A DNA stretch of 63,508 bases, filler included, from Octopus bimaculoides (Eukaryota): assembly GCF_001194135.2 (NCBI RefSeq). It is 5 parts of 4 records of this genome, joined end to end, with 100 filler letters (N's around TTAATTAATTAA, not from the genome) between each part and the next. Parts side by side here need not be neighbours in the genome. Positions count along the whole stretch, not along the records: positions 49,681 to 51,841 come from NW_026300326.1; positions 51,942 to 62,316 come from NC_069000.1; 3 more parts are not named here. One strand, given 5' to 3'. A model generated the notes under the pieces. It was given only the letters and a program-made list of their open reading frames with translations. It was not told the DNA's origin and did no database searches. The stretch's first letter is position 1. The number at the start of each line of letters is the position of its first letter. The position numbers were made by a program, and so were the translations under genes. This document shows positions 50,790 to 62,316 of the stretch, in pieces.

Positions 50790-51841
50790 AAGCTAGTTGA
50801 TGTTGGTGTGTGTTGTAGGGGATGGAGAATTGAAACCCTGGGGGACTGAGGAATGGAGAGCGAAAATAAAAGTTTGCTCTCGATGGAGGTGGGAGCCCAG
50901 GTGGCCTCTTGGTACGGCAGGGTCTGAACATAGAGAGATGCAGAAGGGAATGACTGGTCAAGCGGGAATAATGCAACACTGGGGCACCATTGCCGAGTCT
51001 AATGTCCTGGAGATGTTCAGCGAACTGGTGGGCTGAGCAGCGGCCAGTTTGATCAAGGTACAGGGAATGACAGAGAGTACAGTAAATCGCTGGGGGTGAA
51101 TGAATCGGTGATGTGAGAAGGGCCCGTGGTGGAATAGTGATGTTGGAGAGGTTGGGTCAGGAGTGACAACATGTGAGAGAGTAAAGGAAAGAGCCAAGTA
51201 TGGGGAAGAAGCTACGGACCAGAAAGCCATGTAGATTATGGAGGGGTAACATGTGGAATGATGCACTGGAGGGGGTAAGGGTGAGCTAGAAAAGGANNNN
51301 NNNNNNAACATGTGGAATGATGCACTGGAGGGGGTAAGGGTGAGCTAGAAAAGGAAGCAAGTAAGGGTGAAACGGATGTGAAGAGAGAGCCTGGAAACAG
51401 CCAACCGTGAAGATGGTTTGGAGAAAGGCGAAGTGGGTTTCTTTGTTGGGTGAAGTGGGGAGCCATGNNNNNNNNNNNNNNNNNNNNNNNNNNNNNNNNN
51501 NNNNNNNNNNNNNNNNNNNNNNNNNNNNNNNNNAAGGGATGGACAGTTTGGTGTGTGTGGGGTGGGGGAGAGAAGAATGTGAATCAGAGGGGTTTTTTGT
51601 GGATGGAGGGGGTAAAAGTGGTGTGGTGGATGGTACCAGAAAAATCGAAAAATTTGGAGATAGAACAAGAGAATTTGAGGGTGGGATGGAGGATTGGATG
51701 GAAAAGAGAGAGGTGTGAGGATGTTCGCGGGAGTGGGAGGCCGTACTAATGCAGTCGTCAATGTAACGACTATATAGCTCAGAAGTGGGACCAGTAAACT
51801 GAGAGAATATTTGGGCCTCAATATAGGGAGCCATTCTCATT
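50790..51841 (-). mobile_element. Decayed Penelope-like element (RT thumb plus GIY-YIG endonuclease)
   Basis: YIEAQIFSQFTGPTSELYSRYIDDCI (RT YxDD motif), K.P.DSHS...HP.HTK.SIP, then AHQFAEHLQDIRLGNGAPV and LHREQTFIFALHSSVPQG of the GIY-YIG domain. Confidence 0.88.
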
Positions 51842-51940
51842 NNNNNNNNNNNNNNNNNNNNNNNNNNNNNNNNNNNNNNNNNNNNTTAATTAATTAANNN
51901 NNNNNNNNNNNNNNNNNNNNNNNNNNNNNNNNNNNNNNNN

Positions 51941-52220
51941 NAAAATGGCTGAAGTTCAAAAGATAGTGCTCATGGGAACTGCCCATATCCTACGTAAAAT
52001 ACTGTCTATGTGATCTCAAATTTTAAAGCAAACACATAATTTTCTTATGGTTTCTTAAACATTCACTTGAACAAAACTGTACAAATCCAAATATATGGTA
52101 CTCCAGGCATAACACCTACATGAACTTCTAACTTGTCTCTTGAGGTCTCTGGGTGAGACTTGGATCCAACTTGTACAAATGCAAAACAAAAGTCAAACAT
52201 AAAATAATAATAATAATAAT
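51941..52220 (+). mobile_element. R4/Dong-type LINE 3' end (family 2) with (AAT)n tail
   Basis: KMAEVQKIVLMGTAHILRKILSM*, followed by a 3' UTR and an AAT repeat. Confidence 0.75.
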
Positions 52221-53341
52221 AGTTCATATAAAGGACTGAAGTAACTCAGCAGAAATGTAATAAATAGATAGAAGATTTCTTTACTTTTGTATACGATTGA
52301 CTGGCCCCTTCCCCAAAATTTCAGGCCTTGTGCCTATACCGCTAAGCATAATAATAATAATAATAATAGTAATAATAATAACAACAATAGTAACGATGTT
52401 GCTGATGATGATGATAATGATCCGGATGAAACATTACGTGTGAATAGTGTGATTCTAAAGGTTAATTTTGTATGCCATAAAAATATAAACGAATAAATAT
52501 ATATAGAAATGGTTTGTAAAAGGGCCAGCGATTATATGAAGAATAAGCGATTTAAATGATGCTGTCTATTAGTGCCAGTAGTCTTTATTTAGGAAATAAC
52601 GTGAAATACATTAACGAAGAAGTCATGGCGACATTTTGCCAACTCTCACACAGAAGTACTTATCAGCTGGCTGCCAATTTGATATGTAGTTTACATTTCC
52701 AACACTCTTACTTCACTTTAAATGGCTCTATTACTATTTTAAATATCGATCGAAGAGACTAAATCTAATTTCGAGAAAAACGTCGAAAAAAACAAAAAGA
52801 AAAGGAAAAACAGCCACAGAAAAATACACAAAAGCGTTGAGAATAAAATAAAGCAAATATTTAAAAAATGATTATTTATTTGATATTTTTATTTCATTTT
52901 AATTTATTTTATTTAAAATTTTCTTTCATTTTGTTGCCAGACCTTGACCAAAATAAATTCTAAAATCTAAATTATGCTCTCTTCCTCTGTCTGTCTGGAA
53001 TAGAAGTGTTTGGCTTTCGTCAGGAACAACAAGTTCGAAGACGAGCCAGAAAAGAAAACTTATACGTGATCGTTCGATTTATTAGAAATAGCTGTCAAAT
53101 GTCCTTCAAATCATATATTACCGTCTTAAATAAAGAAAGACGTGCATTGTATAAATAAGTTTTAAATAAACTTATGTTTGGAAAAATAAATAAAATGGCT
53201 GCAAGTGTGAAACTTGGAACACTTTTGATCATACGGTTGCTGAATAAAGTCTGACCTGAAACTTAGCAACAGCCAAATTTCCCTCAAACTTCACGTTACC
53301 ATCTTTAGAAAAATTACATTGGATAATGTAGTCCTAGGTGT

Positions 53342-53521
53342 AGGAGTGGCTGTGTGGCAAGTAGCTTGCTAACGAACTACATGGTTCCGGGTTCAGTCCC
53401 ACTGCGTGGCACCTTGGGCATGTGTCTTCTACTATAGCCTCGGGTCGACCAAAGCCTTGTGAGTGGATTTGGTAGACGGAAACTGAAAGAATCCCGTCGT
53501 ATATATGTATATATATATCTA

Positions 53522-53606
<85 letters not shown>

Positions 53607-53702
53607 TTACGTGTCTGTGTTTGTCCCCCAACATCGCTTGACAACCGATGCTGGTGTGTTTACGTCCCCGTAACTTAGCGGTTCGGCAAAAGAGACCGAT
53701 AG
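53342..53702 (+). mobile_element. SINE family A, young copy truncated by a gap
   Basis: ggagtggctgtgtggcaagtagcttgc...ccgggttcagtcccactgcgtggcaccttggg...gtagacggaaactgaaag, microsatellite spacer, tttgtccccaacatcgcttgacaaccgatgctgg. Confidence 0.92.
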
Positions 53703-54135
53703 NNNNNNNNNNNNNNNNNNNNNNNNNNNNNNNNNNNNNNNNNNNNNNNNNNNNNNNNNNNNNNNNNNNNNNNNNNNNNNNNNNNNNNNNNNNNNNNNNN
53801 NNNNNNNNNNNNNNNNNNNNNNNNNNNNNNNNNNNNNNNNNNNNNNNNNNNNNNNNNNNNNNNNNNNNNNNNNNNNNNNNNNNNNNNNNNNNNNNNNNNN
53901 NNNNNNNNNNNNNNNNNNNNNNNNNNNNNNNNNNNNNNNNNNNNNNNNNNNNNNNNNNNNNNNNNNNNNNNNNNNNNNNNNNNNNNNNNNNNNNNNNNNN
54001 NNNNNNNNNNNNNNNNNNNNNNNNNNNNNNNNNNNNNNNNNNNNNNNNNNNNNNNNNNNNNNNNNATTTGCTCCAAGGTCAGAACTGGTAGAGTAGTCTT
54101 ATGAATAAAAGCAATCCGATACTGTTTATGCCTAA

Positions 54136-54560
54136 GGCGGCGAGCTGGGCAGAAACGTTAGCACGCTGGGCGAAATGCTTAGCGGCATTTCGTCGCTCAT
54201 CGCTACGTTCTGAGTTCAAATTCCGCCGAGGTCGACTTTGCCCTTTCATCCTTTCGGGGTCGATAAATTAAGTACCAGTTACGCACTGGGGTCGATGTAA
54301 TCGACTTAATTCCTTTCTCTGTCCTTGTTTGTCCCCTCTGTGTTTAGCCCCTTGTGGGCAATAAAGAAATAAGAAACGTTAGCATGCCGGGCGAAATGCT
54401 TAGCGGTATTTCGTCTGTCTTTATGTTCTGAGGTCGACTTCGGCCTTTCATCCTTTCGAGGTCGATAACTTAAGCACCAGTTGCGTACTGGGATCGATCT
54501 AATCGGTTGGCACCCCCCTCCACTAAAATTTCGGGCCTTGTTCCTAGAGTATAAAAGAAT
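54136..54560 (+). mobile_element. SINE family B, tandem dimer-like copy
   Basis: Complete unit at 54136-54373 followed immediately by a second head/body at 54374-54560 with a different 3' end. Confidence 0.9.
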
Positions 54561-54999
54561 ACTAATTATGTCTATAATTCACAGCATTATACAAACTTAG
54601 CTTCTTTTACCAAAATGGAGTGTAATTAAAATGAAATTTTAGCTGATATTTCAAATAGAAATTATACTTTTTAGTCAGTGACAGTAGTACATCACTAGTA
54701 ATTATTTTGTTTGTAAGAGCGGAAGTATGCAGTGATGAGGAGTCGTTTATTCTCCTCCCAAATCGACAATGAATGTTTAAAGACCAGTGAGATCGATAGA
54801 AACGTCTGGAAAAAATCCATATTTATTTGATTGGAGCGTGAGGTTAAGAATAAGGAAGAGACACAGGACTATACAGACATACACACACCCAAACATTCAT
54901 ACATGCACACACTGAGAAGCACACACATATTCACATACATGCACTAACTCACACATACACTCACATACAGATACACATACAGTTCTCTTTACAACCACA

Positions 55000-55275
55000 T
55001 AGTTTCCAGTTCACTCTCCTGATAACCCTTGCTGTCCCTAACAGATAAACTTTCTGTTGGAGTTCCACTGGGCATTCTATCCCAATCTCCTTCAGCCATT
55101 TGTCTATACCTTTGCTTACTGTTACCAACGTCCCAGTTATTATAGGCACCACCTTTACCATTCTCATTCTCCAGATTCTTCCTATTTCAAATTTTAAGGG
55201 ATTGTATTTTTTTTTCGTCCTCTTTCTTTATGACGCTGGAATCAAACGGGCAATTTTCCATTCTCTTTCTTCACG
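55000..55275 (-). mobile_element. R4/Dong-type LINE endonuclease C-terminus (family 3)
   Basis: CPFDSSVIKKEDEKK/YNPLKFEIGRIWRMRMVKVVPIITGTLVTVSKGIDKWLKEIGIECPVELQQKVYLLGTARVIRRV resembles the restriction-like endonuclease end of R4-clade ORFs. Confidence 0.8.
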
Positions 55276-55284
55276 ATTCAGGAT

Positions 55285-55337
<53 letters not shown>

Positions 55338-55363
55338 CATTATTATTATTATTATTATTATTG

Positions 55364-55656
55364 TTCAGTAGTCTTATTTTTATAACGTGCTTTCACTTCA
55401 CTACCGAGCGCAGCTCTGTGCGCCTTGGGTATGTGCTGTGGTTTGCTGTGGTGCTCTTATGTTTGCTGTATTGAAAGTGTTTTGCGTAGAATGTGTGCAG
55501 TACCCAGTAGTGCAATTTTCTGTATGTTATATATATTTGTAAGTCCTGGTATTTTTGTTATGTATTTGTCTGAATATTTTTTTATTATACCTAAGGCACC
55601 TACTATGATAGGAATTGTTTCTGTTTTTAGATTCCACATTCGAGTTATCTCTATTT
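55364..55656 (-). mobile_element. R4/Dong-type LINE 3' end (family 1) with (TAA)n tail; 5' part lost in a gap
   Basis: EITRMWNLKTETIPIIVGALGIIKKYSDKYITKIPGLTNIYNIQKIALLGTAHILRKTLSIQ*; intact reading frame. Confidence 0.88.
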
Positions 55657-56168
55657 NNNNNNNNNNNNNNNNNNNNNNNNNNNNNNNNNNNNNNNNNNNN
55701 NNNNNNNNNNNNNNNNNNNNNNNNNNNNNNNNNNNNNNNNNNNNNNNNNNNNNNNNNNNNNNNNNNNNNNNNNNNNNNNNNNNNNNNNNNNNNNNNNNNN
55801 NNNNNNNNNNNNNNNNNNNNNNNNNNNNNNNNNNNNNNNNNNNNNNNNNNNNNNNNNNNNNNNNNNNNNNNNNNNNNNNNNNNNNNNNNNNNNNNNNNNN
55901 NNNNNNNNNNNNNNNNNNNNNNNNNNNNNNNNNNNNNNNNNNNNNNNNNNNNNNNNNNNNNNNNNNNNNNNNNNNNNNNNNNNNNNNNNNNNNNNNNNNN
56001 NNNNNNNNNNNNNNNNNNNNNNNNNNNNNNNNNNNNNNNNNNNNNNNNNNNNNNNNNNNNNNNNNNNNNNNNNNNNNNNNNNNNNNNNNNNNNNNNAGAG
56101 AGAGAGAGAGAGATAGAGAGATAGATAGATAGATGTGTGTCTGTTCATACAGGTATAAATGTACATAC

Positions 56169-56254
<86 letters not shown>

Positions 56255-56459
56255 CAGAGAAAGAGCAAGAGGAGGAGGAAAGACATAATTTTTGCTGATG
56301 ATTACAAGTGACATTGAAACGCCGGTAATAAAAACATTTACATTTTCTAAATAACAACCGTTAATTAGGAAATCCTAATGAAAAAAAATATATATACAAC
56401 AGTACGAAAACAGAAAACATTTGTAAATCAAAATGTTTACCACATGTGTATGTGCGAAT

Positions 56460-56950
56460 GTTAGATATGTGCATGTGAATGTATATACATGGATGTGTGG
56501 ATGGATGCATGTATGTATGTATGTTTGAATGTATGTATATATGTATGTGTGAATGTATGGTTGTACGCATGTATAAATGTGTGGATGCATGCATGTATGT
56601 ATGTATATATGTATGTATGTCGTTGTTCAGTTTTATTTCAAGATTTCTTACCAATAGAGAAAGAGCCGGTTTCTAATCTAGATTGGAATTTCAATACTAA
56701 TAGGGTATGTATGTATGTATGTATGTATGTGTGTATGTATGTATGTATGTATGTATGTGTGTATGTATGTATGTATGTATATGTGTGTATGTATGTGTGA
56801 ATGTATGGTTGTACGTATGTAAGAATATGTGTGAATGGATGCATGTATGTATGTATGTATGTATGTATGTATGTATGTATGTAGGTAGGTAGGTAGGTAT
56901 GTGTGTATGTATGTGTGAATGTATGATTGTACGTATGTCTGAATATATGT
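56460..56950. repeat. Compound (TATG)n microsatellite with three copies of a gtgtgaatgtatg.ttgtacg unit
   Basis: Units near 56547, 56795 and 56913. Confidence 0.8.
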
Positions 56951-56957
56951 TTGTATA

Positions 56958-57060
56958 CAGGGTGGCCCGAAAGTAGGTTTACAGTTATCACATAGGCACT
57001 TTAAATTTCTTTTAAAGCATTTTATTACATTTAAATTTCTATCTTACAATTAACTAAATC
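56958..57060. mobile_element. Possible Tc1/mariner terminal inverted repeat, cut by a gap
   Basis: TA|CAGGGTGGCCCGAAAGT terminus pattern. Confidence 0.4.
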
Positions 57061-58207
57061 NNNNNNNNNNNNNNNNNNNNNNNNNNNNNNNNNNNNNNNN
57101 NNNNNNNNNNNNNNNNNNNNNNNNNNNNNNNNNNNNNNNNNNNNNNNNNNNNNNNNNNNNNNNNNNNNNNNNNNNNNNNNNNNNNNNNNNNNNNNNNNNN
57201 NNNNNNNNNNNNNNNNNNNNNNNNNNNNNNNNNNNNNNNNNNNNNNNNNNNNNNNNNNNNNNNNNNNNNNNNNNNNNNNNNNNNNNNNNNNNNNNNNNNN
57301 NNNNNNNNNNNNNNNNNNNNNNNNNNNNNNNNNNNNNNNNNNNNNNNNNNNNNNNNNNNNNNNNNNNNNNNNNNNNNNNNNNNNNNNNNNNNNNNNNNNN
57401 NNNNNNNNNNNNNNNNNNNNNNNNNNNNNNNNNNNNNNNNNNNNNNNNNNNNNNNNNNNNNNNNNNNNNNNNNNNNNNNNNNNNNNNNNNNNNNNNNNNN
57501 NNNNNNNNNNNNNNNNNNNNNNNNNNNNNNNNNNNNNNNNNNNNNNNNNNNNNNNNNNNNNNNNNNNNNNNNNNNNNNNNNNNNNNNNNNNNNNNNNNNN
57601 NNNNNNNNNNNNNNNNNNNNNNNNNNNNNNNNNNNNNNNNNNNNNNNNNNNNNNNNNNNNNNNNNNNNNNNNNNNNNNNNNNNGTGAAAGCACGTGGTTG
57701 GATGTATAAAAGATAAACAAGAGTGAAAAAATTACAGAAGGCTTGTGTTAGATGGTTAAAGTATATATTTAAAATATGTCAGAAAAATGTTATAAAATTT
57801 TTTTAGTATATAAACATTGTATTTGGAGAAATAACCGGTTTCGTGTTGTCTTTTCAAATTTCTCTACTTCATGGTAACATGTCTTCGCTCCCGAGTGTAA
57901 ATAAAAGAGTATGTATATATATATGTATATGCATATATATGTAAGTATATAAATATATACTTGTAGATACTATATATATATACACACACACCTACACATA
58001 CATACACGCACATACATATACATATGTGCGGACATCAGATTCGTACATCTGAAGACGATTTATTCATTTCATCGCTACACCGAATTTTCCTCGCGTTCAT
58101 CCAAGCGAGAAACGAACTACTCGACGGAATAACAAAATGTGAGGAAGAAGATGTGGCGAAATGCATCATTAGACACGAATGAATAAATGTACTATACTAT
58201 ATGTAAC

Positions 58208-58522
58208 TAACCGACACTCCGTCGGTTACGACGACGAGGGTTCCAGTTGATCCGATCAACAGAACGGCCTACTTGGGAATTAACGTGCAAGTGGCTAAGA
58301 CCTCCACAGACACGCGCATCCTTAATGTAGTTCTCAGAGAAATTCAGCGTGATACAGAAAGTGACAAGGCTGATCCTTCGAAATACAGACACAACTCAGT
58401 TTTGCCAGCTGAGCGAGAGGGAAGAACGTGAAATAAAGTGTCTTGCTCAACGCACCACTAGGAATGGAACTCATGACCTTACAATCAGGAACCAGTACCC
58501 TAACCTCTAAGCCACGCGCCTT
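58208..58522 (-). mobile_element. tRNA-derived SINE (family C, variant 2), full length
   Basis: Reverse complement head ggcgcgtggcttagaggttaggg; tail shared with 9248-9437. Confidence 0.85.
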
Positions 58523-59339
58523 CATATGTACTATATATNNNNNNNNNNNNNNNNNNNNNNNNNNNNNNNNNNNNNNNNNNNNNNNNNNNNNNNNNNNNNN
58601 NNNNNNNNNNNNNNNNNNNNNNNNNNNNNNNNNNNNNNNNNNNNNNNNNNNNNNNNNNNNNNNNNNNNNNNNNNNNNNNNNNNNNNNNNNNNNNNNNNNN
58701 NNNNNNNNNNNNNNNNNNNNNNNNNNNNNNNNNNNNNNNNNNNNNNNNNNNNNNNNNNNNNNNNNNNNNNNNNNNNNNNNNNNNNNNNNNNNNNNNNNNN
58801 NNNNNNNNNNNNNNNNNNNNNNNNNNNNNNNNNNNNNNNNNNNNNNNNNNNNNNNNNNNNNNNNNNNNNNNNNNNNNNNNNNNNNNNNNNNNNNNNNNNN
58901 NNNNNNNNNNNNNNNNNNNNNNNNNNNNNNNNNNNNNNNNNNNNNNNNNNNNNNNNNNNNNNNNNNNNNNNNNNNNNNNNNNNNNNNNNNNNNNNNNNNN
59001 NNNNNNNNNNNNNNNNNNNNNNNNNNNNNNNNNNNNNNNNNNNNNNNNNNNNNNNNNNNNNNNNNNNNNNNNNNNNNNNNNNNNNNNNNNNNNNNNNNNN
59101 NNNNNNNNNNNNNNNNNNNNNNNNNNNNNNNNNNNNNNNNNNNNNNNNNNNNNNNNNNNNNNNNNNNNNNNNNNNNNNNNNNNNNNNNNNNNNNNNNNNN
59201 NNNNNNNNNNNNNNNNNNNNNNNNNNNNNNNNNNNNNNNNNNNNNNNNNNNNNNNNNNNNNNNNNNNNNNNNNNNNNNNNNNNNNNNNNNNNNNNNNNNN
59301 NNNNNNNNNNNNNNNNNNNNNNNNNNNNNNNNNNAGAAC

Positions 59340-59411
59340 TGCTAATTTACGGGGACGTAAATACACCAGCATCGGTTGCCAAGCGATGCTGGGGGGACAA
59401 ACACAGACACA

Positions 59412-59457
<46 letters not shown>

Positions 59458-59617
59458 CATATATACGACGGGCTTCTTTCAGTTTCCGTCTACCAAATCC
59501 ACACACAAGGCCTTGGTCGGCCCGAGGCTATAGTAGAAGACACTTGCCCAAGGTTCCACGCAGTGGGACTGAACCCGGAACCATGTGGTTCGTAAGCAAG
59601 CTACTCACCAAACAGCC
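59340..59617 (-). mobile_element. SINE family A, young copy
   Basis: Near-identical reverse complement of 53342-53702. Confidence 0.92.
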
Positions 59618-59709
59618 GATTTAGATCTGCCTTACTGAATGTTTCACAGACATATGTGTGATCATCCACATGTTGTGATTTTATGCGATGAAGTAGCTGA
59701 GAGTTCTAA

Positions 59710-59797
59710 AGATGGTTGATTGTCATTAGAAGATGGTTGATCGTCATTAGACGATGTGTTGAGTGTCATTAGAAGATGGTTGATTGTCATTAGACGA
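59710..59797. repeat. 21-22-bp tandem minisatellite, 4 units
   Basis: agatggttgattgtcattaga and close variants. Confidence 0.9.
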
Positions 59798-61044
59798 TAT
59801 GTAAAGTTCGTTCTTGTTAGTTCTGGTTACGTGATGGGACTAGCATTTTAACGTTTACTCAATGGCTGCTTTATATTTAATGGATGCTGTGTTTGTATTG
59901 CTGTGTGATTGCTGAAGGGAGGACAACATTGACAATAAGTAAGATCAGTTTTCTTTGTTTTCATTAGAAATTACAGTTAAAAATGCTAAAACTAATGGTT
60001 TAAAATTAGTCAATAGAGAGCTTTATTGATGATTGCAGTATGAAAGGAAAGTTCAGTCTTCTTGTTAAGAAATACCACGGGATGTTGCAATATGTGCAAT
60101 CTCTTAGAGAGACAAAACATAGTAGTTTCGCTCATTATGCATCCTGATCTAATTAGGAAGTGTCTCGGCTAGTATGTTCAAAATTATGTCGGGCATGTAA
60201 TTTCTTTGGTTTTTAAGTTTTCAGTTAAAGTAGGACCGGGAGGGACATACATTGTCAGTTGACCCGAAATAGTGTGTGTGCTGATTAAAACTTCTCTTGA
60301 AAATGCTATTTGTGAGACCTGTGTATTTCCTCAGGGTGCCATAAAGTAGAATGAGGCTCACCCTGTAAGCCACTAAATAAGAAAAGCAGAATATCCTCAG
60401 TGGGTAAACGTAATGATTTCAGAAGTTACAGGTGAGTGCTTGGGCTAGTGGCGGCGTAGGTAGATGCTTTTCTTTCTTAATAGCGTTGGATGTTGAAAGC
60501 GATGCTATCTAGACTGGAAAACCGACTTTAACCTTATGAACATTGAAAAACTTATGATTTTTATGTGTGCATATCAGATCCAGAATTAACCTCATATGCA
60601 TTGACTGTGGTCGTATTACTTTCAAAAGCCAGTTTTGTTAAACATGAGCGATAAAATGTCGAGAGACAAACAAAAAATTCTATATCGTAGTTTCATCCGC
60701 TCTGTGAGTAATAATTCAAGAGGCTGAGGACAAACATTCTCTATAAAACGACCATTTGTTTCCTCGTTCTGAACGATCTCATAATCTCTCCTACTAGTCT
60801 TCTCCACATCGTTGCTGTTTTAGTAATGTATAAATGAAATGATGCATCATTACAAACACTGACTGTCCTATACATCCTGACTGCAGTGTATTTATGGGCT
60901 GACGGTGAAGAGCTTNNNNNNNNNNNNNNNNNNNNNNNNNNNNNNNNNNNNNNNNNNNNNNNNNNNNNNNNNNNNNNNNNNNNNNNNNNNNNNNNNNNNN
61001 NNNNNNNNNNNNNNNNNNNNNNNNNNNNNNNNNNNNNNNNNNNN

Positions 61045-61097
<53 letters not shown>

Positions 61098-61207
61098 CGT
61101 AACACTAAGCAGTGTTGAGAGGTGAACAAACTTTAGGTTAGTTCAAACACCTTATCTGCTCAGTTCCGCCCAGTATCAGTTTCTGGCACTTTAATCTTCT
61201 TCAGTAG

Positions 61208-61372
61208 AAGATACCTAAAAGAGATAATCCTGGACAATACGGAATGGAATATTCCGCAATTCGAACTGTTAACAGAAATATGGTAGACTCAACAGACATA
61301 ATCGATAACCTAGACTGTTTGGGAATTAAATATTCATATATTTACGGTTTTTCTCATTTGGTTTCCAATATG
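61208..61372 (+). CDS. Candidate phase-0/0 coding exon, unknown protein
   Basis: Pyrimidine tract ctttaatcttcttcagtag|, 55 open codons (KIPKRDNPGQYGMEYSAIRTVNRNMVDSTDIIDNLDCLGIKYSYIYGFSHLVSNM), then ATG|GTATGC. Peptide not recognised. Confidence 0.25.
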
Positions 61373-61743
61373 GTATGCGATATCTGTACTCGACTTACGA
61401 AAGTGTAGAAAGTATCCTTAGATAACGGTATTTCTTTCTTGCAGTGCATGGGCCAACTTTTGGTACAATTTTATAGGAAGTTGTAAAAACTAGACGTTTT
61501 GTTTCTTTTTTTATTTTTGGCTCTTTTCATTTTCCAGTAACATTTTCTAAAGCTTTTTATCGGTTGTGTCATTGACTTTACTTCGCATCTGTAATGGCCT
61601 TTCATTGTTTTCTGTGCTTAAAAAAAATCTTACTTCTGAAACTCAATTTGTCACCATTCACTCTTACACGGACTACATTAACGAGACACTTGAAGATTTC
61701 TTCACATTGTTCAAGTCCAATGTGGAACACACTTGCTACCTTG

Positions 61744-61801
<58 letters not shown>

Positions 61802-62179
61802 ACAACAGTTTAGTTTTCTATTTTAATAATCAGCTAAAATTATTCTTTCTTTTTTATCTAAATACATTTCCTGTGTCCAACAGTCTGAACGTGAAGACAT
61901 TTTTCAATATCTTTTGAAATGTCACTATTTCCGCATGTAGCCCCAAGGTGAAACATCAACATAAGTAAACTCAGCATTTTCAAGTAATTCGTCCTTCGTT
62001 ACTGCTGTATGTTTTCTCTAATGTCTGCTGCTTCATCTCTTAAAGCAGCGGTTCCAACCATTTTTTTTTTACCTATGGATTCCTCTTTCATTCCTACTTT
62101 CTTCATGGCCATTTGATGTTTATAAAATCTTAATATATTTTTATCATTAAATATTATTAGGAATTATATTCTTTTTTTT

Positions 62180-62316
62180 TTTATTCTTTTACTTGTTTCG
62201 GTCATTTGACTGCGGCCATGCTGGAGCACCGCCTTTAGTCGAACAAATCGACCCCAGGATTTATTCTTTGTAAGCCTAGTACTTATTCTATCGGTCTCTT
62301 TTGCCGAATCGCTATG
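62180..62316 (-). mobile_element. SINE family A 3' tail
   Basis: acttgtttcggtcatttgactgcggccatgctggagcaccgcctttagtcgaacaaatcgaccccagg. Confidence 0.88.

Noticed and set aside
51247-51356. 50-bp exact duplication inside the Penelope fragment (similar case at about 45895-46050)
   Set aside because: Also straddles a 10-N gap; most likely an assembly artefact.
58024-58182. 52-aa ORF MCGHQIRTSEDD...KCIIRHE
   Set aside because: Short, unrecognised, starts within a microsatellite edge, and has only a weak acceptor; within chance expectation.
59710-59797. CRISPR-like appearance of short regular repeats
   Set aside because: Units are adjacent with no unique spacers, there are no cas genes, and the context is eukaryotic.
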